A stretch of DNA of 64,000 nt, taken from an uncultured Verrucomicrobiae bacterium. GTDB taxonomy: Bacteria > Verrucomicrobiota > Verrucomicrobiia > Chthoniobacterales > JAFAMB01. Numbering within the stretch: position 1 is the stretch's first letter; each line of letters begins with the position of its first letter. Where the stretch lies: positions 128,001-192,000 of the forward strand of contig CAVXLD010000001.1 in NCBI GenBank assembly GCA_963762565.1, in the 5' to 3' direction. A model generated the notes under the pieces. That model made no database searches and was not told where the DNA came from. It saw only the letters and a program-made list of their open reading frames with translations. The translations under genes and the position numbers were made by a program. Positions 10,005 to 19,136 of this stretch are shown here, in pieces.

Positions 10005-10076
10005 TTCTTCGGATTCGACAACGGCGTTAGGCCGAGTTTCTTATACCCCATCTTAATGGTAAGTTTAAACGACCTT

Positions 10077-11276
10077 ATGAACTTTGAGTTCGATCCGATC
10101 GAGGAGGCGCTGGTCGCCTTGCGCGAGGGAAAGCCGGTGATTGTGACCGACGACGCTCAGCGTGAAAATGAGGGCGACCTGATTTTGGCAGCGGAAAAGG
10201 CGACTCCAGAGACGATCAGTTTCATGATTCGTTACACCTCGGGCGTGATTTGTGTTCCGATGGAAGGTTCCGCTCTGGACCGTTTGGATTTGCCTTTGAT
10301 GACCCGAAGGAATACCGAGTCAATGCGCACGGCATATACCATCTCGGTCGACGCAAAGAATGGGGTCACGACCGGAATATCGGCGGCGGACCGCTCTCGA
10401 ACGATCCGACTCCTGGCGGACCCAAGTACCGAGGTCGACGATCTGGTTAGGCCGGGGCACGTTTTCCCCCTACGGTATCGTCGGGGCGGCGTGTTGCGCC
10501 GAGCTGGCCATACAGAGGCGGCAGTCGATTTAGCCCGGCTGGCAGGACTACGTCCAGCCGGCGTTCTGGCTGAAATCGTCAACGATGACGGCACCATGGC
10601 ACGCTTGCCGGAGCTCTTTGCCTTTAAGGACAAGTTTGGCCTCAAGATATGCACGATCGAAAATCTGATCGCTTACCGGCGGGTTCGAGAAAAACTCATC
10701 GTCAAAGAGACAGATGTCGAACTGCCGACGGACTACGGCGATTTTCGGTTGCATCTCTATCGATCCGTTGTGGACAATGTCCATCACCTGGCGCTTACGA
10801 CCGGACCTTTGCCGCCGGTAAACCCAACGCTGGTTCGGGTGCATAGCGAGTGTTTAACCGGTGATGTGTTCGGTTCTCGCCGATGCGACTGCGGCAATCA
10901 ACTGCACGCCGCGTTACAGCAGATTCAAAATGAGGGTGCAGGTATCCTCGTATACATGAGACAGGAAGGCCGAGGGATCGGCTTAGCCGCCAAGATCCAG
11001 GCTTACAAACTCCAGGAAGAGGGTCTCGACACGGTCCAGGCAAACGAGAAACTCGGTTTCCCTAGCGATCTGCGCGAGTATGGCCTCGGGGCACAGATTT
11101 TAGTCGATCTTGGAGTCCACGATATCCGTCTACTCACGAATAACCCAAAGAAAGTCATTGGGCTGGAAGGTTACGGTCTAAACATCATCGACCAGATCCC
11201 GATCCGGGTTCCGGCGAATCCGCACAACGAGAAGTATCTCGAAACCAAAAAACTTAAGCTGGGACACTTGCTGTAA
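10077..11276 (+). CDS. ribBA: Bifunctional DHBP synthase / GTP cyclohydrolase II
   Basis: RENEGD, GHTEA, RVHSECLTGD, RCDCG, RQEGRGIG, TNNP. Confidence 0.96.
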   Translation: MNFEFDPIEEALVALREGKPVIVTDDAQRENEGDLILAAEKATPETISFMIRYTSGVICVPMEGSALDRLDLPLMTRRNTESMRTAYTISVDAKNGVTTGISAADRSRTIRLLADPSTEVDDLVRPGHVFPLRYRRGGVLRRAGHTEAAVDLARLAGLRPAGVLAEIVNDDGTMARLPELFAFKDKFGLKICTIENLIAYRRVREKLIVKETDVELPTDYGDFRLHLYRSVVDNVHHLALTTGPLPPVNPTLVRVHSECLTGDVFGSRRCDCGNQLHAALQQIQNEGAGILVYMRQEGRGIGLAAKIQAYKLQEEGLDTVQANEKLGFPSDLREYGLGAQILVDLGVHDIRLLTNNPKKVIGLEGYGLNIIDQIPIRVPANPHNEKYLETKKLKLGHLL

Positions 11277-11311
11277 GGTGAGAAGTGAGAGGTGATTAGT
11301 GGGACGTGACT

Positions 11312-11563
11312 GGTAGGGCGAAAATCTCGGCGCGGCCTACGGGAACCACCTTCCTGGCTGAACCGCGCCGGATTTGAGCCATGCGTGCGCGGTGTATTGC
11401 CCACGACGTTATTGCTCACCGTCGGATCGAAGCCAGCGAGGTGGTCCATCCACGGCGCGGCTCAAATCCGGCGCGCACGGTCCCAGCGCAGGTGGCCCAT
11501 CCTCAACGCGCCGAGATTTTCGCCCTACCGGAGTCTCGGCCATTTCGGGAGCCTCGCCCTACC
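11312..11563. repeat. GTAG-type REP doublet (REPIN-like) plus a single REP
   Basis: GGTAGGGCGAAAATCTCGGCGCG 11312-11334 is the exact reverse complement of 11507-11529. TTCGGGAGCCTCGCCCTACC at 11544-11563 matches the pair at 25298/25489. Confidence 0.85.
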
Positions 11564-11611
11564 ATCCTGGCCCTTGCGGGCAATCTTGGCCGGAGTATCG
11601 TCCCAAGCTCA

Positions 11612-12088
11612 ATGTCGAATCAGTTTCCAATTCGTCCCGATACGCAGACTGAGACGTGGCGGTTCGGAATCGTGGCCAGCGAATACAACCGCGAATATGT
11701 GGACGGGCTAGTTGGATTTGCCAAGGACGAGCTTCTAGCGATCGCCCCCAAGAGCGAGGCGACGGTTGTTCGGGTGCCCGGCTCTTTCGAAATCCCGATC
11801 GGGGTGCAGGCGGTCATCGAGCATCAGCCTATCAATGCAGTTCTCGCCTTTGGCGTTATCTTCGATGGCGAGACCATGCACGCAGAGCTGATTGCTGGCG
11901 CAGTGACTACTGCGCTAATGAATCTGAGTCTGCAGCATAAGATCCCGATTTTACACGAAGTACTTGTTGTTAAAACGGATGAACAGGCCAAGGAACGATG
12001 TTTATTACCCAAGATAAACCGGGGTATAGAAGCCGCCCGCGCTGCGATCCGGATCTTAAGTACCCTGAGCAACCTGGCAAAGGAGTAG
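11612..12088 (+). CDS. ribH: 6,7-dimethyl-8-ribityllumazine synthase
   Basis: GIVASEYN, VPGSFEIP, GVIFDGETMH; lies between ribBA and nusB. The upstream ORF extension is repeat sequence. Confidence 0.9.
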   Translation: MSNQFPIRPDTQTETWRFGIVASEYNREYVDGLVGFAKDELLAIAPKSEATVVRVPGSFEIPIGVQAVIEHQPINAVLAFGVIFDGETMHAELIAGAVTTALMNLSLQHKIPILHEVLVVKTDEQAKERCLLPKINRGIEAARAAIRILSTLSNLAKE

Positions 12089-12091
12089 GCT

Positions 12092-12526
12092 ATGGGGAAG
12101 CGACGAGAAGGCAGAGAAGCGGCCGTGCAACTTTTGTTTCATTGGGATCTAAACGCTCAGCAACCATTAGAGGAGGCTGATCTGGATGGGTTCTGGCAGC
12201 TTCGAACCGCCAATCAAGCCACTAAAGAGTTTGCCACCCGGGTGGCCAGCGGAGTGATCGCGGAGCAAGGTATCATCGACGAAAAGATCACCCGTTACAC
12301 GGCCAACTATGAACTGAAACGGATCTCGGCAGTCGACCGCAATATTCTGCGAGTGGCCATTTACGAGATGCTTTTTTGCAATGACGTTCCACCCATTGTC
12401 GCAATCAACGAAGCGATCGAGATCGCCAAAAAGTTTGGCACTGAAGAATCCGGGAAATTTGTGAATGGCGTGCTCGACCGGGTAAAACTTGATCTGAATC
12501 GCCCACTAAGAACGGCGGCGAGTTAG
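12092..12526 (+). CDS. nusB: Transcription antitermination factor NusB
   Basis: RREGREAAVQLL, VDRNILR, INEAIEIAKKFG, FVNGVLD. Confidence 0.96.
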   Translation: MGKRREGREAAVQLLFHWDLNAQQPLEEADLDGFWQLRTANQATKEFATRVASGVIAEQGIIDEKITRYTANYELKRISAVDRNILRVAIYEMLFCNDVPPIVAINEAIEIAKKFGTEESGKFVNGVLDRVKLDLNRPLRTAAS

Positions 12527-12610
12527 AATGTTCGCGCAGCACTCCCGATTCTGGCTAACCGAGGGCGTGCCATCCCGGGCACGTTGATCAAACGAAAACA
12601 GCGACATTCT

Positions 12611-13456
12611 ATGGCTTTTGGATTTCTCAAAGATTTGTTCGACCGGTTTTCCGGAAAACCCGTCGACTGGGACGAGCTCGAGGAGAGCCTCATTCGTGCC
12701 GACATTGGGGTCCCGATGACGCTTGAAATCATCAAAGCTCTGCAAGAAAGGCCAAACGTCAGCGCCAAAGAAATCGTTAATGTAGTCAAGCAGCACATCG
12801 AACAGATTCTTCCCCTGGCCAATCCGCGCCTCAGACCACTACCGGATCGTCCGAAAGTTATTTTGATGACCGGAGTGAACGGCACGGGAAAAACGACCTC
12901 CACCGCCAAGCTTGCGCATGTTCTTAGGAGAGAACGTCACTCAGTGATGTTGGCGGCAGCCGATACCTTTCGGGCGGCTGCGATCGAACAGCTCAAGATT
13001 TGGGGTGAACGCGTTGGCGTCGAGGTCGTCGCGGGTGAATATCAAGCGGATCCGGCTGCGCTTTGCTATGACGCCTATTCCGCTGCCAACAAGAGGAACA
13101 TTGAGTTCTTGATCTGTGACACCGCCGGACGTCTTCACACCCGCTACAATTTAATGCAGGAACTCGGCAAAATTGTCCGCACTCTGCAGAAACATGATCC
13201 AGCAACCCCGCACGAAAGCTTGCTTGTAGTGGACGCAACCACCGGGAGCAACGCGCTCGTTCAAGCTCGCGAATTCAAGGAAGCCATCGGGTTGACCGGT
13301 CTCGTGCTCACTAAACTGGACGGCTCTGGAAAAGGCGGTATCGCAGTCGCCATTCAACAAGAGCTGGGTATCCCTCTCCGGTTCATCGGCACCGGGGAGA
13401 AAGTGGGCGATTTCGCGTATTTCGATCGGGAGCAATTCGTTGATCAGCTGTTATAG
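12611..13456 (+). CDS. ftsY: SRP receptor FtsY
   Basis: GVNGTGKTT, DTFRAAA, DTAGR, TKLDGSGKGG, GTGE. Confidence 0.95.
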   Translation: MAFGFLKDLFDRFSGKPVDWDELEESLIRADIGVPMTLEIIKALQERPNVSAKEIVNVVKQHIEQILPLANPRLRPLPDRPKVILMTGVNGTGKTTSTAKLAHVLRRERHSVMLAAADTFRAAAIEQLKIWGERVGVEVVAGEYQADPAALCYDAYSAANKRNIEFLICDTAGRLHTRYNLMQELGKIVRTLQKHDPATPHESLLVVDATTGSNALVQAREFKEAIGLTGLVLTKLDGSGKGGIAVAIQQELGIPLRFIGTGEKVGDFAYFDREQFVDQLL

Positions 13457-13471
13457 GATTAATCCGCACCT

Positions 13472-15073
13472 ATGGCTGACCGGCACCCTCTGAAAATAGC
13501 TGCTGCTGAACCCCCGAAGTCGACAGTCAAGGCGGACCATCGGTCCCACGGTTTACGCTTCGGTCCGCCGCAACCTTTCTCGTACGATTGGCTCAAGCAG
13601 CATGCAGAGAATCTCGCGGCGAAGGAATATCAGTCTCCCCCACTGCCTGACCCGAACATTGTCGCTAACATCGACTATGACGCTTACGGCAAGCTAAAAT
13701 ATAAGCAGGACTTCGCTCTTTATGGAGACGGCCAGACCGGGGTCTTTCCCATTACCTTCATGTTTGTGGGGCATTATTTCCCGAAGACGGTCCGGATGTA
13801 TGCTGTCGAGAAAGGGGCTGAGATCGCCCGCGAGATTCTCTACGACCCTGAATATTTCGACATTCCGGCCAACAGTGTCGCTAAAAAACTTCCCACTGAG
13901 CCTTCCTGCATGGCCGGCTTTTGGGTCATGGAAGCGAAGACCGGCCCACTCGATTGGCATAAGGAAGAGCCATGGGCAACCTTTCTCGGCGCCTCTTATT
14001 TCCGGGCCAAGGGAGAACTCGGACAAGTTGGTATATCGGCTCGCGGTATCGCGCTAACACCCGGAGGAAGTGGGCCTGAAGAATTCCCAGACTTTGTGGC
14101 GTTCTGGTTTAGTCCAGCCGAATCCGCCACTGAACCGCTCAACTGCTATGCCCTGCTTGACGGCCCAAGCGTCACCGGTGCTTATCGCTTCGCCCTCCAG
14201 CGAACCAAGGCTGTGATCACGGACGTTGAAGCGACCCTTTTCTTCCGTAACCCCGTCGAGCGGCTCGGCTTAGCCCCCCTCACCTCGATGTACTGGTACT
14301 CAGAGACCGTGAAACCCGTAGCGGTGGACTGGCGACCGGAGGTTCACGATTCCGATGGACTAGCCATGTGGACCGGCAACGGGGAGCGCATCTGGCGTCC
14401 CTTGAATAACCCGCCACGGATCGTGATATCGAGTTTTTCGGATGAGAATCCTCGCGGCTTTGGGTTGATGCAACGAGACCGCAGCTTCGACCATTATCTC
14501 GATGGCGTCATGTATGAGAAGCGGCCTTCAGTCTGGATCGAGCCGCTCGGCAATTGGGGCTCCGGTGCGGTTCATCTGGTCGAGATTCCGACGGGCGATG
14601 AAATCAACGATAACATCATTACCTATTGGTGCCCAACTAAGCCGGTGCAGGCAAAGGACCGGATCGCGCTCCGCTACCGTCTGCATTGGGTCGCGGACGA
14701 GCCCTATCCTCCACCGCTCGCTCGCTGCGTCGCGACTCGCCTCGGACGGGGAGGACGACCAGGCCAGCCTCATCCTGCTGGCGTTCGAAAATTCGTAGTT
14801 GAATTCCTCGGCGGCCCATTGACGGCGCTGCCTGATAATGCAAGACCGGAGCCGGTACTCTGGGCGTCGCGGGGCAAATTTTCCTACTTTAAGGTAGAGA
14901 AAGCCCCCGGTAGCACACTCGGTCTTTGGCGAGCGGAATTCGATCTGGAAGCGGATGGACACGATCCGGTTGAGATGCGCCTTTTCTTAAGGACACCGGA
15001 TCAAGTGCTGACTGAAACCTGGCTTTATCAGTATCATCCGTTTCATGTTGAAGGAGCTCCAGTCGGAAATTGA
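13472..15073 (+). CDS. Glucan biosynthesis protein OpgD/OpgG (MdoD/G) family
   Basis: FLGASYFRA, SARG, EEFPDF, LAPLTSM, RPEVHDSDGL, GFGLMQRDR, TETWLYQ. Confidence 0.9.
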   Translation: MADRHPLKIAAAEPPKSTVKADHRSHGLRFGPPQPFSYDWLKQHAENLAAKEYQSPPLPDPNIVANIDYDAYGKLKYKQDFALYGDGQTGVFPITFMFVGHYFPKTVRMYAVEKGAEIAREILYDPEYFDIPANSVAKKLPTEPSCMAGFWVMEAKTGPLDWHKEEPWATFLGASYFRAKGELGQVGISARGIALTPGGSGPEEFPDFVAFWFSPAESATEPLNCYALLDGPSVTGAYRFALQRTKAVITDVEATLFFRNPVERLGLAPLTSMYWYSETVKPVAVDWRPEVHDSDGLAMWTGNGERIWRPLNNPPRIVISSFSDENPRGFGLMQRDRSFDHYLDGVMYEKRPSVWIEPLGNWGSGAVHLVEIPTGDEINDNIITYWCPTKPVQAKDRIALRYRLHWVADEPYPPPLARCVATRLGRGGRPGQPHPAGVRKFVVEFLGGPLTALPDNARPEPVLWASRGKFSYFKVEKAPGSTLGLWRAEFDLEADGHDPVEMRLFLRTPDQVLTETWLYQYHPFHVEGAPVGN

Positions 15074-15111
15074 CGAGTCCATCCAAAGCGCGATACAGGC
15101 TCGTATCACGT

Positions 15112-15350
15112 ATGAAAACCGCCTCCGTGCGCGACTTGCGCAACCGCTTCGCAGATATCGCCAAATGGATCGAAGACGGGGAAAAAGTCGCTATCACACG
15201 TAACTGAGCTATTTTCGCTACTCTCTCGCCGGCAACTCCAAGACCAGCTCGTAAACCGGATTGGGCTGCCCGGTTCAGACAGTATCAGGCGGTAGGGCGA
15301 AAACTATCGAAGAAGAGACGGAAGAGTCCTGGTCCAATTTGCGGGATTGA
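15112..15350 (+). pseudogene. Phd/YefM-type antitoxin pseudogene
   Basis: MKTASVRDLRNRFADIAKWIEDGEKVAITRN, in-frame TGA at 15205-15207, then AIFATLSPA...PDWAARF, and a frameshift near 15310 to ...EETEESWSNLRD*. Confidence 0.75.
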
Positions 15351-15368
15351 CAGCATGCCAGGCGACGC

Positions 15369-15561
15369 CCCCAGTAGAGTAGACGAATGTGTTCCGGCGA
15401 GCCGATGAACTCAGCGCCAAACACGCCCGTTCAGCTCCACAACGGACGATCGATTTAATCCACGTCGCATCGCCCTCGAAAGCGACGCAAAAAATTTTCT
15501 ATCCTTCGATAATCGACAACGTCTTCTGGCGAGGGCTGCCGGACTAAGAACTAATCCCTGA
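15369..15561 (+). pseudogene. PIN-domain (VapC) toxin remnant, C-terminal part only
   Basis: PVE*TNVFRRADELSAKH...RTIDLIHVA / IALESDAKNFLSFDNRQRLLARAAGL; internal stop, frameshift and missing N-terminus. Confidence 0.7.
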
Positions 15562-16251
15562 GTCTCGCGCCAGGTATAAGCCACGAGAACTGAATGCGTC
15601 TGGCAAATACTCGACGCTGAGACGTGCTCGCCGAAAAAGGTCCTTCCACTGATCGTGGTCTAACAAAAGCAACTCATGCCTTTCGACCGCATACCTGACA
15701 TCTATTCCATCTGCGAACAAATGATGCCCGATCAATATCGCGACATCCCCCTTCCTATCGCTCGTCATCAGGCGGCAAACCTTTCGCCGGTCGTCTGCTC
15801 CAGTAGCGATGTTGGCCTCGCCGGCACGCCACGCGTTAGGCTCGATAAAAGGCTCGATAAAGATGGCTCCTCCCGGGGCCAAATGGGCCTTGAAACAACC
15901 CAGGGCTGATAGAATCGCTTCAGCCGTTAGCAGGTGCCCAATCGCGCTGAACAGACAGATCAGAAGGTCGAACTTGCGCCCCAGCTCGAATCGCTGCATA
16001 TCGGCGACTTGAAAATTTCCATCGGGCCGTTTTTCGCTCGCGATCCTCACAAGAGCGGGCTCAAGATCGATACCGGCTACTTCGTATTCGGGCAAGAAGC
16101 GGAGGTGTTCGCCTGTGCCGCATGCGATGTCTAAGATTGTGCGTCCCTCGGGAACAAATCGACGAAAAAGCTCCCGTAACCGATCGGTTTCTCCCCGGTA
16201 ATCCTTCTTAGAGTAAACTAGGTAATAATATTCGGCGGAAGCAGAATACAT
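15544..16251 (-). CDS. Class I SAM-dependent methyltransferase
   Basis: ILDIACGTGEH, GID, ADM, FDLLICLF, LAPGG. Confidence 0.88.
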   Translation of the reverse strand: MYSASAEYYYLVYSKKDYRGETDRLRELFRRFVPEGRTILDIACGTGEHLRFLPEYEVAGIDLEPALVRIASEKRPDGNFQVADMQRFELGRKFDLLICLFSAIGHLLTAEAILSALGCFKAHLAPGGAIFIEPFIEPNAWRAGEANIATGADDRRKVCRLMTSDRKGDVAILIGHHLFADGIDVRYAVERHELLLLDHDQWKDLFRRARLSVEYLPDAFSSRGLYLARDSGISS

Positions 16252-16446
16252 AGCCTGCATGGTAACAAATGCGCAGGCATTTGTGTACCATGCAGGCTAC
16301 CGCAGAATGATCCGGCAAAGCCGGACAATTCTGCTGAAATCTACAGAGAGAGATTCCGACAGCCGACTTTTCCGGCGTAGCCGGAGAAGTCGGCTCATAG
16401 CCTGCGCAGCCGAAAAATGCCTGCGCATTTTTCGGCTGCGCAGGCT
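16251..16446. repeat. Cluster of REP-like hairpins (may also terminate the upstream minus-strand gene)
   Basis: Hairpins at 16251-16299 and 16399-16446 share AGCCTGC..GCAGGCT ends; two TCCGGCnnnGCCGGA palindromes at 16311-16325 and 16371-16385. Confidence 0.8.
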
Positions 16447-17837
16447 TAGTTTGCAGCCACTTCTTCAGACGGTTGAACCTGGCGTTTTTTGAAGTGGAGC
16501 TGGAAAATCCTGAGACCGTCCGTTTGGGTTATCGTCACTAAATATTCCTCAATCTGGACTTGTTCGCCCTGTTTGGGTAAGTGTCCGAGGAGCTGGACGA
16601 CATACCCGCCGATAGTGGCCACTTCGGGGTTCTCCAGGTGAAGATCAGCCAGCTCTTGGAGCTCGTAGAGGTTCAGTTGACCCTGGACGACGAACTCTTC
16701 TTCGTTGAGCCGGATAAATTCTCGAGCTGGTTCCTGATCGAACTCATCCTTGATTTCACCAACCAATTCTTCCAGCACATTGTCCATTGTTACAATCCCA
16801 ACCGCTCCCCCAAACTCATCCACTACCACCGCCAAATGCACTCTTTTTGCCAGGAATGTATTCAGCAGCTTATCCAATGGCATAAATTCCGGGACCGGTA
16901 GAAGATCGCGCTTGATCGCTAAAAGATCCGGCTTGGGCTTCTTCATCTCCTTCATCAGGTCTTTGATATGAATCAGACCAATCGTGTTGTCGAGATGGCC
17001 CTGAACCAAAGGGAAGCGAGTGTGTGCCGACTCGATCGCGACCTGAAGATTGGCTTCGAAGGAATCTTGGGCGTCCAAGTAGATCACATCTCCCCGCGGT
17101 GTCATAATATCTCGAACAACGCGGCGTCGAAAATCCAACGCGTTAATGAGGAGCTCCCTACTCAGCGCAGTAACCTCCGTTTTGGAATCGCTTTCGGTAA
17201 GGATAACCCGGAGTTCTTCCTCGCTATGGCCTAGCTCATTTTCGGCCACCGGATCCAGACGCAGAAGCTTCAGGATCTCCCTGGCCGAGACTTGCAGGAA
17301 CCAGATGGCGGGCCTGAAGATAAGGTAAAATAGATGTAACGGCGCGCACAGCCAGAGACTGGTCTCAAGAGCTTTCCGAATCGAGACGGTTTTCGGGGTT
17401 AATTCGCCAAGAACAATGTGAAAGTAGGTGATCAGAGCAAACGCCAATGTGATCGAGACGCCATCAACCACCGCTGGTGAGTTAATACCTACGTGAGAGA
17501 GGAGCGGTGAAAGCAGGCCGGCGACATAAGGTTGCCCGATCCAACCCAGGGCCAGGCTGGCTAGTGTGACTCCCAACTGAGTCGCCGATAGATAAGCATC
17601 CAGATTTGCGATGACATGCTTGGCTAAACGCGCCCTCCGATTCCCCTCCTCTTCAAGAAGATCAAGCTGGCTGGATCGGACTTTGACCAAGGCGAATTCC
17701 GAGGCCACAAAGAATCCATTCAGAAAAATCAGAAGCAGTATAACGAAGAGGTGGGTGAACACCCCACTAGGGGTAGTGTCCTCTGTCTCCGCACCCAGGA
17801 ATGGTAAAACCATCCCTAAAGAAATCGCCATGATCAT
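16446..17837 (-). CDS. HlyC/CorC (CNNM-CBS) family transporter
   Basis: NGFFVASEFA, SATQLGVT, GELTPK, CBS pair (IMTPR, HTRFP, VVDEFGG), CorC tail. Confidence 0.93.
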   Translation of the reverse strand: MIMAISLGMVLPFLGAETEDTTPSGVFTHLFVILLLIFLNGFFVASEFALVKVRSSQLDLLEEEGNRRARLAKHVIANLDAYLSATQLGVTLASLALGWIGQPYVAGLLSPLLSHVGINSPAVVDGVSITLAFALITYFHIVLGELTPKTVSIRKALETSLWLCAPLHLFYLIFRPAIWFLQVSAREILKLLRLDPVAENELGHSEEELRVILTESDSKTEVTALSRELLINALDFRRRVVRDIMTPRGDVIYLDAQDSFEANLQVAIESAHTRFPLVQGHLDNTIGLIHIKDLMKEMKKPKPDLLAIKRDLLPVPEFMPLDKLLNTFLAKRVHLAVVVDEFGGAVGIVTMDNVLEELVGEIKDEFDQEPAREFIRLNEEEFVVQGQLNLYELQELADLHLENPEVATIGGYVVQLLGHLPKQGEQVQIEEYLVTITQTDGLRIFQLHFKKRQVQPSEEVAAN

Positions 17838-17886
17838 TGGAAATTAGGCCATTCTCAAGCACCAGGTATTGCTGTCGGTTCCATAG

Positions 17887-17956
17887 TCCGCCTTCGTCCC
17901 TTTCTGCGGGACTTCCGCCGTCGCTAAAGCTATGGCGGACAAGTCAGCGCGACAAG
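17887..17956. repeat. 30-nt hairpin unit (family B) nested in a related unit
   Basis: TCCGCCGTCGCTAAAGCTATGGCGGACAAG (17914-17943) inside TCCGCCTTCGTCCC..GGGACT|TCAGCGCGACAAG. Confidence 0.8.
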
Positions 17957-18146
17957 CCTACCTCGAAATGCCGAGAGAGCCTTGAAATGGCCGGTCTTTT
18001 TCGCAAGGAACGAGACCCGACATTTCGAGATCCTCGCGGGCTCAGCAATGAACTTACCCTCGATTACCAGCGATCTATCGACTGGACAGCATCGTTTACG
18101 CTGCTGCCACCTGACGGTCAAGAGTGAAGATCCCGCGGCTGCGGGA

Positions 18147-18416
18147 CTACCAACTCGATTTAGTGACTCCAGGAATCAATCCCTGGGAAGCACACTCCCG
18201 AAAAGCAATTCGGGATAGGCGAAAGCGCCGGTTGAAGCTACGGCGGCGCCCGCTTTGTTCACAGCGATTAACCAAGCGCGTCGGACTGGCGTCTCGCGGG
18301 AGCTGGGCGAGCCCTTCGTAGTCGCCTTTAGCCTTTAATTCGGCTCGTAGGGCGGCATACTTCTTCACCGTCTTCAGCTTCCGTTTGTTCCTTTCAATCC
18401 AAGCTTTCTTCGCCAT
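18147..18416 (-). CDS. rpsN: 30S ribosomal protein S14 (89 aa, no CxxC pairs)
   Basis: MAKKAWIERN...LPRDASPTRLVNRC...SRIAFRE...GLIPGVTKSSW. Confidence 0.96.
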   Translation of the reverse strand: MAKKAWIERNKRKLKTVKKYAALRAELKAKGDYEGLAQLPRDASPTRLVNRCEQSGRRRSFNRRFRLSRIAFRECASQGLIPGVTKSSW

Positions 18417-18470
18417 AGAGGAGTGACGACCATACAGGGAAGCGCCCTCTTTTCAACGGAAAAATTAAGG

Positions 18471-18714
18471 GAAAGGAGCTAGGAGCCAGAATCTAGGATC
18501 TAGGAGAAAACGTGTAGGCGGGTTGGCGTATCGACGTTTCGGCGTGCGCTGGACGCCGCGATCGAATGGGATCCGCCTTCGCCAAGCCTTCGGCGCGACG
18601 GGCTTTATGGGACCTGTAGGACCTACCTGATTGACGCATACCTCCGGTGAGTCTAATCGGCTTTGCCACACCCACACGCGCGTCTCTCCTGGCTCCTGGA
18701 TTCTGGCTCCTTTC
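18471..18714. repeat. Nested inverted STR element containing a family B unit
   Basis: GGAGCTA-type arms at both ends; TCCGCCTTCGCCAAGCCTTCGGCGCGACGGG at 18572-18602. Confidence 0.8.
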
Positions 18715-18891
18715 TTAGGGCGTCCGGCCGATCCAAGCAGGGATCTGAACAGGGATACTCGAACCGGAAACATAATCCTGGGAATAGCTGGCCGGAGCAT
18801 ACTCACGGTGACCGGCGATATAGACGAAAGCGAGGAGGTTCAGCGTTCCTACAGTGATGAAAGCGATCAGTGGCAAACGGAATTTTTTCAT
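18715..18891 (-). CDS. Small predicted membrane/secreted protein (58 aa)
   Basis: Hand translation MKKFRLPLIAFITVGTLNLLAFVYIAGHREYAPASYSQDYVSGSSIPVQIPAWIGRTP; basic N-terminus plus hydrophobic helix; fills a gap between repeats. Confidence 0.55.
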   Translation of the reverse strand: MKKFRLPLIAFITVGTLNLLAFVYIAGHREYAPASYSQDYVSGSSIPVQIPAWIGRTP

Positions 18892-19136
18892 GGACCGAGG
18901 CTAACGCCGGTCCGTGTTTCTATTAAATCGATAGATTATCTATGATTATCGTTTGTATCGATGTACCGCCTTGGGACGGATCCTTGCCGGCACTGACGAC
19001 GGTTCAACCGAAAGTGGACCTAGTGGACTGAGTGGACGTAGTTGCGAATGCCTTTGCTTGATAGACGCCCCTAAGGCAGCAGAAATACTGCGGAGTAGCC
19101 GGAGTGTTTCTGCCGTAGCCTGCTTCGGCGAGCAGC

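Noticed and set aside
9790..10076. FMN riboswitch upstream of ribBA
   Set aside because: No recognisable RFN consensus; the region is explained by STR inverted repeats.
11381..11611. Long N-terminal extensions of ribH (likewise ACOX, folA, thyA, folE2, LsrB-like, DUF4105, nusA)
   Set aside because: The extensions run through repeat or intergenic DNA; downstream starts give family-typical proteins.
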